Source of the DNA: Azolla caroliniana
Taxonomy: Eukaryota > Plantae > Polypodiophyta
Assembly (NCBI GenBank): GCA_043228905.1
Contig: JBHGNT010000008.1
Location: forward strand, 3,968,001-4,032,000
Length of the DNA: 64,000 bases
Direction of reading: 5' to 3'
Shown here piece after piece: positions 22,951 to 35,921 of this stretch (within the stretch, counting starts at the first letter, position 1; each line of letters opens with the position of its first letter). A program made the translations under genes and the position numbers. The notes beneath the pieces were generated by a model. That model was not told the origin of the DNA, ran no database searches, and worked only from the letters and a program-made list of their open reading frames with translations.

Positions 22951-25900
22951 TTAAAGACGACGAGTGGAACGAGTCGGCGCTAATTGCGGACCGGGTTTGT
23001 CCGGATACTTTCGGTGGCAATCAGCAAGAAGATCCTGTGCATTGGCAACATGCTCGACGGGTTCCCAAGTACGTTCGCTCGGACTATAACCGAGCCAATC
23101 GACCAAGTAATAAAGTTTGTTGCGAACAAGTTTGGAATCGAGGATGGCAGCAACTTCATACTTCGGGCCAGCGTCCAACTCCAGCGGGGGCGGCGGTGGT
23201 GTCACATGATCGGGAATGGTGTTTGCTTTATAAGGTTCAAGAAGAGAACAATGGAAAACCGGATGTATCTGAAGCTGCGGAGGGAGATCAAGGCGGAAGG
23301 TGACATCATTAATCTTACCCGTAATACGGAAGGGACCGAGTCGTCGATAATCCAACTTGTCGCACGGTCGAGTAGTCTTGATGTGACGACGTAAGAGCCA
23401 TACTCGATCTCCGATGGCAAAAGAGGAGGGAATTGTTAACTCTTCGGGCCGGACAATGGCCTAACACAGAGTGTCTACGGGAGACACTTCACCAAAGGGT
23501 GTTACGGCAACCGGATTAGACTTCAATGCTTAATCCGACTTAATTAAGTTACTTATTATGATCGTCTTCATAACACACGTAAGATATAACAATTAAGACA
23601 AAACGGCAATTAACACAGAGAGATAACAACGCTTAAGCTTTCATTAATTAACTGCCCTCTATTACATTGTATCCGGGCCTTTAAATAGGTTTCTGGTCTG
23701 TATTACAAAACGGTGCCATCCGCACCTGTTCGGGATCGGTCCGGATCCGGAACGGCATACCGATTCCGGTCCGTCCGTCCACACTCATAGCTTAATTACA
23801 ACCACATTCCTACTACTTAATTAGCTCTCTGTTTCCCACTCTGGACTCCTTTGCCGGCCGGTAACAGGAATCTGATGACGATCCGCATAAGTCTTCTGTG
23901 TGTGTTGAGCATGACGAAGGTGAGTAGAGAGATCCATCTGGATCTTGCGTAGCCTCTCCAAATGATCCTCAGCACGAGGGTTGGTAGGTAGCTCCGGAGT
24001 GTCGATCACCGACCAGCGAGGATGGAAACCGGTATAAGCGAAAAATGGGGAGACCCGAGTCGAGGAGTGAATAGCATTATTATACGCAAACTCCGCAAAG
24101 TGGAGAATCTCGGCCCAATCGTCCTGTTGATAACTCAGGAAACACCGGAGATATTGCTCCAGCGTTTGGTTTGTTCGTTCCGCCTGCCCGTCGGTCTGAG
24201 GATGGTAGCCGGAGGAGAGGTTGTAGGAGACCTTGAGCATCTTGAAGAGATGCTACCAAAATTTGGAGACAAATTGCGGGCCTCGGTCACTGATAATACT
24301 GTCTGGGAGACCATGATGCCGAAATACCTCACGCATAACAAGAGCGGCGGTTTCCTCGCTAGTGATGGCTTTAGTACACGGCAAAAAATGTGCCATCTTC
24401 GTGTATCGATCGACGACGGTTAGGATAGTATCGAACCCCTTCGAGACCGGCAGATCTGTGATAAAATCAAGACAAATAGACTGCCACGGCTTACTTGGAA
24501 TCGGTAAGGGTTCCAACAAGCCATATGGATGGTGTCGTGGCATCTTTGCTCGGCAGCAAGCATCACAGGTCCGAACGTAGTCGTCGACAAAACGGCGCAT
24601 GTGGGGCCACCAAAAAGATCGTTGCACTAGCTCCAACGTCTTAGTACTACTGAAATGTCCCGCCGTATGGGTGTCGTGACAATGCTGGACGATTTGAAGG
24701 CGACAGGAGCAATCGTAGACATATACGCGCTTTTTAAAGAATAACAAACCATCATGATATTCGAATTGTCGGTAGTCAATACCTGGTTGTTGAGACCGAG
24801 AACAAGATGCCCGAGAAGTATCAATGTGCGCCAGGATGTCTTGAGTAAAACTATCCGTCTTCAAGGTTGCACGTATGTCATCGGTAATCCGTGAATCCAT
24901 CGGGGTGTGAAAAATCCGCGTCGTGTGCAATCGTGTTGGTCCCAAGATTACTTGCTTTTGATTATCAAATGTTGCGTCACCAGGACAAGGTGCAAGATAT
25001 GAACGTCGTGATAGTGCATCTGCTTTTCCTTGCTGCTTCCCCGGTCGATATGTGATTTTGAAGTCGAAACGCGTGAGGAATTGCGCCCACCGAGCTTGTC
25101 GTCGATTTAGTACGCGAGCGTTCTGAAAATAAGCAAGATTTTTATGATCGCTAAAGACAATGACCTGATGTGGAGAGCCCTCTAAGAAATGCCGCCATTG
25201 TACAAATTAATCCACGATGGCTAATAACTCCTAGTCATGTATTTCGTAGTTGATTTCTGCGACATCGAATTTGCGCGAATGGAAAGCCACCGGATGCAAC
25301 TCTTCTTTATTGCCTTGTTGAGAAAGGATGCTACCAAGGGCGAAATCTGATGTGTCAGCCTCCATGATGAATGGTTTGCTTGTATCCACATGAGCTAGAA
25401 TCGGTGCTGATGTAAAGGCTTTCTTAAGATGCCGAAAAGCCATATCTACTTCTATGGACCAAAGAAATGCTTGGCCCTTCTTCGTAAGTTGTGTGAGAGG
25501 TAAAATAATCTTCGAGTAATCCTGTATAAACTTACGGTAGAAGTTAGCAAAACCTAGAAAACATTGTACATCTCGTACCGACCGTGGAATTTGCCACTCT
25601 AGTACAGTTTGGATTTTAGCTGGATCCATGGCGATGCCCTTTGAGGAGATGACGTAGCCTAGAAATTCCACTTACTTGCAGTCAAAGCTACATTTTTCTA
25701 GCTTGGCATAAAGACCATTCTCGCGGAGTTGCTTTAGTACTAATAGTACATGAGAATCGTGCTCTTCCTGGGTCTTCGAATAAATCAATAGATCATCCAG
25801 ATAAATGATCAAACAGATATCCAAGAGATCTCTGAATATATCATTTGCCATGTGTTGGAAGACTGCGGGTGCATTGGTTAGGCCAAACGGCATAACAGTA

Positions 25901-26961
25901 TACTCGAAATGCCCATACCGCGTGCGAAAGGCGGTCTTCCACTCATCTCCCGGTCGAATCCGCACGAGGTTATACGCTCCTCATAGGTCGATTTTAGTGA
26001 AAAACTTGGCACCATTAACTCGCTCTAAAAGACTTGATATAAGAGGAAGTGCATACCTATTCCGGATGGTGACTTTATTCAATCTGCGGTAATCAACGAC
26101 AAGACGAAGTGAGCCATCTTTCTTCTTGACAAAGAAGATGGGTGCACCGGCCGGAGATTTCGAATGGTGGATGAACCCGCTAGCCAAGTTCTCCTCTATG
26201 TAGGCTCGAAGGACTTCTAACTCGGTGGGTGACAAGTTGTAAATTGGTCCCCATGGTGGCTCGGTTCCTGGTTGTAAATCGATGGGACAGTCATAGGGAC
26301 GGTGATGAGGAAGGGTACCAGCTTTTACCTTGTCAAATACATCGACATAAGGATGATATTTTGCTGGAAGTTGTACTGAGGAGTCCTTCTTAATAGTGCT
26401 GGAAGGATGTACTGATATTGCAAATAGGAACATTGCCTCCTTGGGTCCTTCTTCACGTAGTTGATGGAGTGAAATGGTCGAAACTTGGTGAGTTGATTCT
26501 TGGGGTGGTCGATATCGGACTTCTCTTGTTCTCCAATCTATGGCTGGATTATGTAATTCAAACCAAGGTAATCCTAGGACAATGGGATGCTCTGGACTAC
26601 TAATTATATTAAATGATATTACACACACAAAACTACCTAGGACAACTTGAATGGGTTCTGATTCTTCTACAATATTCCCGGAAGCAATGGGACGACCATC
26701 AATGACTACTACAGATGCAGGACAAGGAAGTTTTCTTAAGGATATCTAAGAAGCTTGGGCAAAATTTCGATCCATGAAACAGGAATTAGCTCCGGAATCT
26801 AAAAGTGCTAGGACGGGTACTGGGGGAGTACTTTTAGTACTAACAATGACTTGGGCTAGGAACACATTACTAACTTGCTTGGAAGGAATGGAACCACTAA
26901 TGGGCTGTACAGATCTAGGGTTGCTATCCAACCAAACGGCTCCTATTTTGGCTGGACTCAA
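22951..26961 (-). pseudogene. Chromovirus pol (PR-RT-RH-INT-chromodomain), multiple stops and a solo-LTR insertion
   Basis: Minus-strand ORFs 26746..26961, 25981..26628, 25672..25965, 25231..25671, 24253..24945, 23821..24240 and 22951..23355. Confidence 0.9.
23434..23866 (-). mobile_element. Solo LTR related to the Gypsy B LTR, inserted in the chromovirus integrase
   Basis: TGTTA...TAACA termini; TSD GGAAT (23429-23433, 23867-23871). The reverse complement shares CCGGATCCGGACCGAT and CCCTTTGG.GAAGTGTC..AGACAC...GTCCGGCC with LTR B. Confidence 0.9.
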
Positions 26962-27079
26962 TCGTTTAACTCTTCATCTAATTAACTAAGGATTTCAAAT
27001 TTATTTGAGATACTTAGGCTATTAGTACTATGAATATTATCAAACACTCTATTAGTACTATTAATACTATCAGACACTC

Positions 27080-28113
27080 CTAAGGGAAGAATTGACTTGG
27101 GTTTAGTAAAGCTACAATTTGATTTACCTGTCTTCTTGGCCTATGGGGACAATTGATTGCGATATGCCCTGGTCCACCGCAATAAAGACATAATCGATTT
27201 GCACATCGTCGTTGCTTTTCTTCTTCCGATAACGGGCCGCGTCGACGCATGGTATCAATCTCCATCGGTGTCGAAGTATTTGCTTGAGGTATGTCTCGTG
27301 CAAACGGTCTAGCCGCGACTGTGGCGTAAGTGGGCTCCGGCCTAGCGCGTGGTATCTGTAATTGACGTTCCGAACGCCGTTCGAAAAGGCGATTGTCACA
27401 TCGGACCACTCGACTGATTGCCTCCGTAAGAGACTTTGGTTCTTCGGGGAAGGTTAGAAGTAGATCTTTGACATCATTTCGCAGGCCATAGCGAAACTGC
27501 TCCATTAGTGCTTGATCATCCCAGCGTATGTCGGAAGCGAGTAGGCGGAAATCCGCCGCGTAGGCAGAGGCTGGACGATCGCCTTGACGCAATCGTCGGA
27601 TCTTGTTGATCGCCGTCCTGATGTTGTCGGTGTCTCCAAAGCAGGCTTTGAACTCACTAATAAAATCTTCAAAGTTATTAAGCAAGGGCGATTGTTTTTC
27701 TAGAAGCAGAGCGAACCATGCTAAGGCTGAGCCGCTAAGCAACATGCCTATTGAGCCGACTCGGGATGCATCAGTGGGGTATCGGGAAGGATGCATTTGG
27801 AGGACTAATCGTACCTGATTAAGGATCCCCTGAATTGCGATCGCGTTCCATCAAATTTCACAGGAAGTCCAATCTTTGGCTCTTTATGAAATCCTTGGGG
27901 ACTTGATCCTTGTTGTTGCAATGCCGCTTCGAGTTGTTGCACCCATAACGCTAACTCCCCATGTTGTTGCTGCGTTTGTTGCTTTTCTAGAGCGATTTGT
28001 TGCAGATCCCCTATCAGTCGTTGGTTTTCTTGTTCCAGGGCAACAAACTTTTCTTTTAGGCATTATAACTCGGAGAAAACGGATTGATATTCTTGGTCGC
28101 GAACAATAGCCAT
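27080..28113 (-). pseudogene. Chromovirus gag, frameshifted
   Basis: ORF 27080..27796 (LRQG..ASAYAADF, PMEID, CCHC); the upstream part is broken near 27830. Confidence 0.8.
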
Positions 28114-28186
28114 AGTAGAGGGAAAAGGGTAGGAGGATGAGGGAGAACGACAAGTAGGCTGGAGGAAAGAGCAAATTGGTTCAAAC

Positions 28187-28607
28187 TGTCAGGAATAGTA
28201 CTGAAGCAAAGATGGAATTAGTACTAAGAAGAGCAGTACTATTAGTACTAAGAGGACGGGACTGCGTAAGATTCCTGAGAGAGAGGAAGTGAGAAGAGAG
28301 AGAGAGATAGGATGATGACAACAGCTCTTATATTATATGAAAGATAAGTACAAATCGGCTAAGAGGCTTAAGACTGGTGTTGAACCAATTTGGTTCAAAA
28401 CAATGCCTTGTGCCTCCTTTTATAGTGTTTTTAGGAATAATCCTGAAGCTTCTAGAATGTTCCAGAGAGATCTGGAATATACATCAATTTTCTATGATAA
28501 AACATAAATGAAAATAATATTCTACAAATTACAATTCATAGTTTAATGGTAAGAGCTTGACCCATGTAGCATAAGGTCATGGGTTTGAGTCTTGCCACAT
28601 CATGACA
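28187..28607 (-). repeat. 5' LTR of the chromovirus
   Basis: TGTCA...TGACA termini; minus-strand TATAAAA at 28424-28418. Confidence 0.93.
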
Positions 28608-29023
28608 AATATTATATAAAAAAAAATCCAAAAAATTATATGTTTTTTATAACACGCTTAAAATAATATCATTATCATGTAATAATGGTATATATTCTCA
28701 AATATTTATTCTTAATTTCTTTACTAACAATATTAGTTGAAATTTAATTGAAATTTTAAACAATAACCTTTATTAAATACATACTTTAAGAGTGTATAAC
28801 TCTAGGTTTGATTTTAATGTTTTAAGTTTTAAGTTAAAACTAAATTTTTTTACTTACATAAAATTTTAAGTTAAAACTAAATTTTTACTAACTTTTTTTT
28901 CATACTTATTAGTAAAAACATTAACATGATATTAATTTTATGTATTTCATTATCTTTGTTTGGTAGTTATGTTTATTTGTGCATCTTTGTGCATTTTCTA
29001 TAGTAATGAAATGTATAACAATG

Positions 29024-29163
29024 AAGCATCATATAGAACTTTCATTATTAAAATTGGTAAAGCATCAGATAGAACTTTCATTATTAAAATTGGTAAAGCA
29101 TCATATAGAACTTTCATTATTAAAATTGGTAAAGCATCATATAGAACTTTCATTATTAAAATT
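29024..29163 (+). repeat. 36-bp tandem repeat x about 4 inside the hAT element
   Basis: AAGCATCATATAGAACTTTCATTATTAAAATTGGTA units. Confidence 0.93.
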
Positions 29164-30602
29164 TGTATGTAAAATGACATGTTAGTTTTTGCACTCTTGT
29201 GTCATATGACATACATCTTTAAAACATGCCCGTCAAAAAACTTTTATACTAACCCGTCAAATTCAGGCCCTGGGTGGCATTGCAATTTGAAGGGTCTTGA
29301 GTGCACAAAGAAAAGCAAAACCATTCATGATACTATATAACATGCTTCATACGGCTTGAATACGATTAATGGAGCTACTACATATAAAAATTCCTTGATT
29401 GGCTTGCTGAAATACATGCTACCCTAATGGTATGTTGTTAGACTTGTGATTTGAAACCCCACATATTTGACCCTTCTTGGTTTTTGTCATTGTTTTCGAG
29501 AAAAATTTAGAAGTTTTTTAAAGTGACAAAATAAGTTATGTTGCTCATAATTTGAGTACTTTTTTAAAACACGGCAATAAAAATATTAAAGGTTTAGAAG
29601 TAGAAAGGGATATGATATCCCCCTAGGTTGTCTTAATTTTAAGATTTTCCTAAAATTTTGATAATAAAAACAAAAACAAAAACTTTAAACTAGAAAGCAA
29701 AAGGGAGCAAGTGGGGTTCCAACACGTACCATATGGAACTAATCAAGTAACCAAGGTTGTCAAAAAAAGTTGAGCATTTGAGGCAATGGTGTGCATCAAA
29801 ACACCACGATCCACCTCCATCATCTTAGGTCTTCATCCACACAATTTCGAGAGACACAAAGCTACAACTACGTCGTGACATAACTCATAAGGAAAAAAGT
29901 GTAACATGTTATCAAATAAAAGTATACCACACAAGTTAGGAAAGCTAGCTCACGTGGAGGTCGAGACACAAAACCAAGGCTACATCATGATGGAGCCAAG
30001 CATAGTATGAACCTTATGTACCATATGTGCATTCGCATTCAAGTATGTTTCAATCATTCGAGTATGGTAAACACCCTCAAAGTATGGTAAATACCATACT
30101 TTTGTATTCATTATTTAGTGTAAGGTAAAAAAGTGAGAAAAAAACCATCAAAAAACAAAAACAAAAGTATGTTTTCATAACATACACATTGGTTTGCAAA
30201 CGTATGAAAACAAATGTTTGAGCAGAAGAATGTGAATATTACGTTCTATGTGGTCTTTGTAAGTCGGGAGATTGGCAAATAAGAATAAAAGGAAGCCGAC
30301 ATTGCGATTGCACGGATTTTGTGGGGTTTCATAGTGTGTTTTCGAGTTGAATGAAGGGTGAGGAGGTATGTTGTCTCGCTATGAAAATGAGATGAGACAT
30401 GTACATTTTTATTGGGGCAAAAGATGGTATAATATGTTTGAATCGTAAGGTGCCACCTACATTTATTTATTTTTAAGAACAAAAAAGTAAATAGTTTAAA
30501 TTAAAGCCAAGCTTTATCTACATATGCACTTTATCTACCTATCTATCTATTTATTTATCGATTTATCGATTCATTTATTTATTTACTTATATATTTATTT
30601 AT

Positions 30603-30915
30603 GGGAAAAGTACCAAGATATCCCTAGAAGTTCGCCTATTTACCAGAATACCCCTGAAAGTTCCAAATTTACCAAACTACCGCTATGTTCAAAAAATTAC
30701 ACTTTATAAAATAATTAAACACTCAAATCTACAAGCCCTATTTACCAAAGATGGAAGAAATGGACCCGAACTAGCCCTATTTACCAAAGATTTGAGTGTA
30801 TAATTACTTTATAAAGTGTAATTTTGTGGACATAGGGGTAGTTTGGTAAATTTGGAACTTTCAGGGGCATTTTGATAAATAGACGAAGTTCCAGGGGTAT
30901 CTTGGTACTTTTCCC
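30603..30915. mobile_element. Mutator-like MITE with long TIRs (copy 1)
   Basis: GGGAAAAGTACC...GGTACTTTTCCC with arms of about 120 bp; same family as 58335-58578. TSD is unclear in the AT microsatellite flanks. Confidence 0.85.
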
Positions 30916-31106
30916 TACTTTATTTAGTTACTTATTTATTTATTTATTATGTACCAAAGAATGAATTATGTAATTGAATAAAGGAAGCAAAGATGATGAT
31001 GATGATGATATGTGATGTATGATGGATGATGTAGATATATATATATACATATATGTATATGATGTATGTATGTATGTATGTGAGCACCATACCTGCTTGC
31101 TTAGCC

Positions 31107-34100
31107 ATGGCCCCAGATCATGACCATGAGGATGCCATTGCATCTCTGCAGAAGCAGCAATCCTTAGCTCCTCCACATGGATCCCATCTGATCGATCATG
31201 GTGCTCATGGCGATGAAGGAGAAAATTCAGTACTGCTTGGAGCAGATCACTCTGCTACTACTACTACTCTTTTTCTTCCTCTTAATTCCCTCCTTCTTCT
31301 GCCATTGCTCCTGCTTTCCTTTGTCGCCTCCCCACAAGCACTGGCATCCGTCTCCGTTCCTGCTACTCACTCTGATACGCTCAAGAAAGATCCACGCATC
31401 GCCATTAGTAGCAGCCATTTAATCTTCGCATCATCAGATCATGAGCATCCCTTTGATAATGGCCATGGCCATGGTGCCGCTGCTGCAGGCTACGATGATG
31501 GTGATGGCGATGGCGATGGCGATGGTGAGAGGGAATTCCCGTGGTACCAGCCGAAAAGCACAGAGCCTACCATCTTCAACGAGAGCGGGAGGTCCTTCTC
31601 GCCATGGCCGCCATCTGCACAGGATTCTCTGCGCACATCCTTCCATTTCCAGCCACCAAACAAGTGGATGAATGGTAGGTAATGAGACCCTCCCTGCAGA
31701 CCCTCTCTGCTCTCTCCTCTCTTCTACTCAATTCACTCATGAAATGCCCCTCTTCTCCATAGCAAGCTGAGTATTCATCAAAAACACCATGAATTCTCCC
31801 TCACCCTAAACCCTAAACTCCAAACCCTAAATTGCCTAGACAAGAAAGCCTGAGACCTACGAGTAGCCGCCGCCCCGCCGCTCGGCTGGTCGAGATCCTT
31901 ATATACCGATCAATTGCTAGAATGTGCCTATGGGTCTAGTGGTACTAGCAAGATTGCACATGGGTCTCTCTATTGGTACTAGCAAGAATGTGCCTATGGG
32001 TCTCGTGGTACTGGCAAGAATGCACATGGATCTCTATTGGTACTAGCAAGAATGTGCCTATGGGTCTCGTGGTACTGGCAAGAATGCCTATGGGTCTATT
32101 GGTACTAGCAAGAATGTGTCTATGGGTCCAGTGGTACTAGGAAGAATGCTTGTGTATCTATTGGTACTAGTGGGAATGTCCCTATGGGTCTAGTGGTACT
32201 GGCAAGAATGCCTATAGGTCTAGCGGCACTATTGGTACTAGCATCAACCCCATGGAGCAGGGTGTCCCATGGATGATCCCTACACACATCAAGACCTCAC
32301 CCCACCATGTCTCATTAGCTTAATGGGGGGGAGAGGCGGTTCATGATTCATAGGTCTCTTGATCCTTCCATCACAAGATGGAGCTCCTTATACATGAGGG
32401 TAGACAATCTCACATCTAGTAGACAAGGTAAAGCTCATTATCCATTGAGGGCCATGCGTTCAATCAGTGTGCCTCTAGTGCCTAAGCTATTGGCGGGGAG
32501 AGAGAGGGGTGATCACATTCGAGTGGAACTTCTCTTTTTGCTCCACTCATTTTCTCTCGTGCCTCGGGTCTTCTCGTGTTGATGCCTTAGCATGGAAACC
32601 CACTCCCCCATTGTGTGCCCTCGTCACACAATGGATCAACAATCGCGTAAGCTTCGTTGGGAGTTGATCCTTCTTGGATTGATGCACATGTACCTCTTTA
32701 TCCTTGTTTCTCATTGCTTTCACACTTGGCAGTCCAATGAAGGAGACTCCTTTGCTTGTATTGGTCAAGGAAGGAAACTATACGGTTTTTGCTTGCTCTA
32801 AGGGCTCGTCTATGTCTTCACACGTGTATTTTGAAAACACCTCTCGTAATTAGACACAATTAACTATTTGTTTGCTCTAAGAGCATATTATATATATAAC
32901 ATCATGCCATGCCTTGATTCTAACATTTTCCATTATTCTATGCTCGCAATGTTATTGCCTCGTCATTTTAAATATTGGGATTTCTCTTCATCATCGCGTA
33001 TGATCGACTAATCGGGGAAAACAATGAATTGTAGATCCCAATGGTAAATAGTTCAACTTATCTATGTGATACTTTGATTATCAATTTGAAAACATGCTAT
33101 AAGGAATTGGGTTATAATCAATAAATGTTTGTGGTCTAATTATTACTCATATAATGTAGCACCATTGTACTACAAAGGATGGTACCACCTATTCTATCAA
33201 TACAACCCACATGATGCGTTTTGGGGACTCATATCATGGGGGCACGCAATTTCGACTGATCTCATCCATTGGCTCTACTTGGACCTCGCAATGGTACCCG
33301 ATAAGTGGTATGACATCCGAGGTGTATGGACCGGCTCTGCCACATTCATCCAAGACGATGGGCTACCCATTGTCTTGTACACTGGGTCAACCAATGAGTC
33401 TGTCCAAGTGCAAATCCTCGCATATCCTACAGACCCCCAAGACATCTTGTTACGAAAGTGGACCAAGGCACCAAGTGTCAATCCTGTGTTGACGCCACCT
33501 CCCGGTATCCTAGACACTGATTTTCGTGACCCAACTACAGCATGGTTGGGTCTAGATGGACTTTGGAGAATGGGTATGGGCTCTAAGATTAACGACACTG
33601 GCATTGCACTCATCTACCAAAGCTTAGATTTCGTTAATTGGACGCTCCAAGGCCACTATTTGCATCAAGTAGATGGCACTGGCATGTGGGAATGCCTTGA
33701 TTTCTATCCAATCTATGCCTCTGGGTCTCCCTTGGGTGTAGACACCTCTGACATTTATGGGGATGAGGTCAAACATGTCATCAAGGCCAGCATGGACAAC
33801 ACTAAGATAGATTTCTACACACTAGGAACATACAATTACTACAATCATACCTTCACTCCAGATGACCCTTCATCCGATCTTGGCCTCGGGTTGAGATATG
33901 ACTACGGCAAGTTCTATGCCTCGAAAACGTTCTATGATCAAAACAAAGGTCGAAGAATCCTTTGGGGTTGGGTCAACGAATCAGATAGCTTGCAAGATGA
34001 CATTGAGAAAGGATGGGCCTCTGTTCAGGTAAAAACAATTTCTACTAATTTAGGATTTCTAGTATTGTGTGTGATACTAACCATTTTGGATTACAAATGT

Positions 34101-35673
34101 TTTAAATGTGATACTAACCATTTTCTCCATTATGATTACCAATTGTATTACATTTTTCTCCATTATGATTAACAATTGTATTGCATTCAAATATAATTCC
34201 ATTAGGGCCTTCCAAGGCAAGTTTGGTTTGATAACCAGACAAAGTCGAACCTAATACAATGGCCAGTTGAGGAGTTCTTGAATCTTCGACAATCCAAGGT
34301 TTCGCTAGACAATGTGTTGCTTGAGAGTGGGTCTATTTTCGAGGTTCCAGGAGGTTCAGGAGCCCAGGTACTTGTTATTTTAAGGAAAGTGGTGCACTTG
34401 TTATTTTAAGAAAAGTGTGCATATGAAAACAAAGATGCTTATATGTAGGAGAAATTCAAGGTTATTTTCCAAAATTTACAAATACTATACTATGTTGATT
34501 AAAATTATTAGTAGAGGCTACTAATCATGTGAAATTTACAAAGGTGAAAGACATTATTGATATTAACACAAGATTCATAAAGCAACAAAGAACCACTTAA
34601 AAGTTTGGTTTTTCATTTACAACAAAATTTAAAGTTTGAATTTAAGTTGACATGTGCATTGTGAACATTACTCCATCACCTCATTAATGGTGATAGAATA
34701 ATTAGATATTGTAATATTATATCACGGTTGATAGACAAGTAAATTTAGAACGATTTTGATTACAGTGGGATATTGAACTTACAATTGATAATCCAATCTC
34801 ATCATATGAGAGCATCATTAGTGGCAAAATTCATCAATACACTATGAATGATGATGGCGACGATGCAAATATATATAGTTGTGCTGAAGTTAGTGCATCA
34901 AAACAAGGTTTCTATGGACCATTTGGTTTATTGGTCCTTGCTTCTCATGATTTGCAAGAGCAAACATCAGTCTATTTCTACTTCACTACTATACACGGGA
35001 AATGGAAAGCTCTTGTCTGCAATGACCAAAGCAGGTAATTATACATTAATGTTTTGACTCACGACTGGATATATTTCCTTACCTTTTTCCTCCAATGATA
35101 TATATATTCTCATGCTTCATACATGTTCGGCTTTCCTAATGTATATTCTCATTATAAAGAAGTAGCACATTGATTCCTAATGTATATTGTATTCGGCTTT
35201 CTTCAAGATCAACTACTGCAACGGATGTGGACAAGTTCATTTATGGAACATTTGTGCCCGTGTTGGAGAATGAAACAAGTCTATCTCTCCGTGTAGTGGT
35301 AAGTCTTATATATGTTAGGATTATGTTCACATATATGTGACCAAGGAAATTAAGTGCTTTGTAAAATTAGGGGTGTTATCTAGTCATTTTATAAAACTTT
35401 TGAATATTCTAGTAAATATCCAATTAGGGTAAATATTGTGTTTTGCCGTTATGTTAATTAGGATTACATTATGTGATGGTGATGTAGGTCGATCATTCCA
35501 TTGTGGAAACGTTCGCACAAGGAGGAAGGGTGTGCATAACATCAAGGGTGTACCCCACAATAGCCTTGGAGGAGGAAGCAAAACTCTTCTTGTTCAACAA
35601 TGGCACTACATCCGTGAATGTGACAAGCTTCAATGCTTGGCAAATCTCTAAAGTTTATATGCACCCTTTCTAA
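31107..35673 (+). CDS. Acid beta-fructofuranosidase (GH32, vacuolar-type invertase), 7 exons
   Basis: Exons 31107-31674, 33035-33043, 33160-34028, 34206-34367, 34766-35034, 35208-35298, 35488-35673, all GT-AG. Motifs [47 protein letters not shown]; N-terminal hydrophobic segment. Confidence 0.93.
31913..32242 (+). repeat. ~30-32-bp tandem repeat x about 10 in invertase intron 1
   Basis: GGTACTAGCAAGAATGTGCCTATGGGTCT.. units. Confidence 0.88.
33035..33043 (+). CDS. 9-nt mini-exon (ATCCCAATG) encoding DPN of the invertase NDPN motif
   Basis: tgtag|ATCCCAATG|gtaaat joins AAT G (31671-31674) to CA CCA (33160) in frame. Confidence 0.95.
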
Positions 35674-35921
35674 TTCCCCTAGGAATTAATGGCCAACCTT
35701 GATTTGCCCAATTACAACTCTCCTTTTGTCCACTTGGTACAACTTATCCTAATCATGTTTGTCTATGTCCACTTTGCACAACTTTTTCTGATCACTTCCT
35801 CCCCATTTTTATTTTACTTTCAATAAATTATAAGATCATTTTGCCCTACTTCATCAAGACCACAATTTAAACTATCAAAACTTTAAAGATAAATTTTGGA
35901 AAATGAGGGTGAAATTGCCAC

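Larger units (their letters stand above)
22518..28607 (-). mobile_element. Chromovirus Ty3/Gypsy (Tcn1-like), self-priming type
   Basis: LTRs at 28187-28607 and 22518-22939; PPT AAGGGGGAGATAG; gag (CLYCGGPGHIAINC), PR (ALLDSGA), RT (YLDD), RH, INT and chromodomain (YEVAAILD...YLVDWLGY...TWEP). Confidence 0.93.
22438..29272. mobile_element. Non-autonomous hAT-type DNA transposon hosting the chromovirus
   Basis: Imperfect TIRs CAAGGCAGGAATTTGACGGG / CCCGTCAAATTCAGGCCCTG; perfect 8-bp TSD GGTGGCAT (22430-22437, 29273-29280); subterminal CCCGTC repeats. Confidence 0.88.

Noticed and set aside
31053-31106. Upstream ATG start for the invertase (MYMMYVC...)
   Set aside because: Comes from a TATG microsatellite; ATG 31107 has the better GCCATGG context.
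31804-31830. Interstitial telomere (CCCTAAA); similar TTTAGGG at ~54255-54275
   Set aside because: Only 2-3 imperfect units, which is common in plant TEs and introns.
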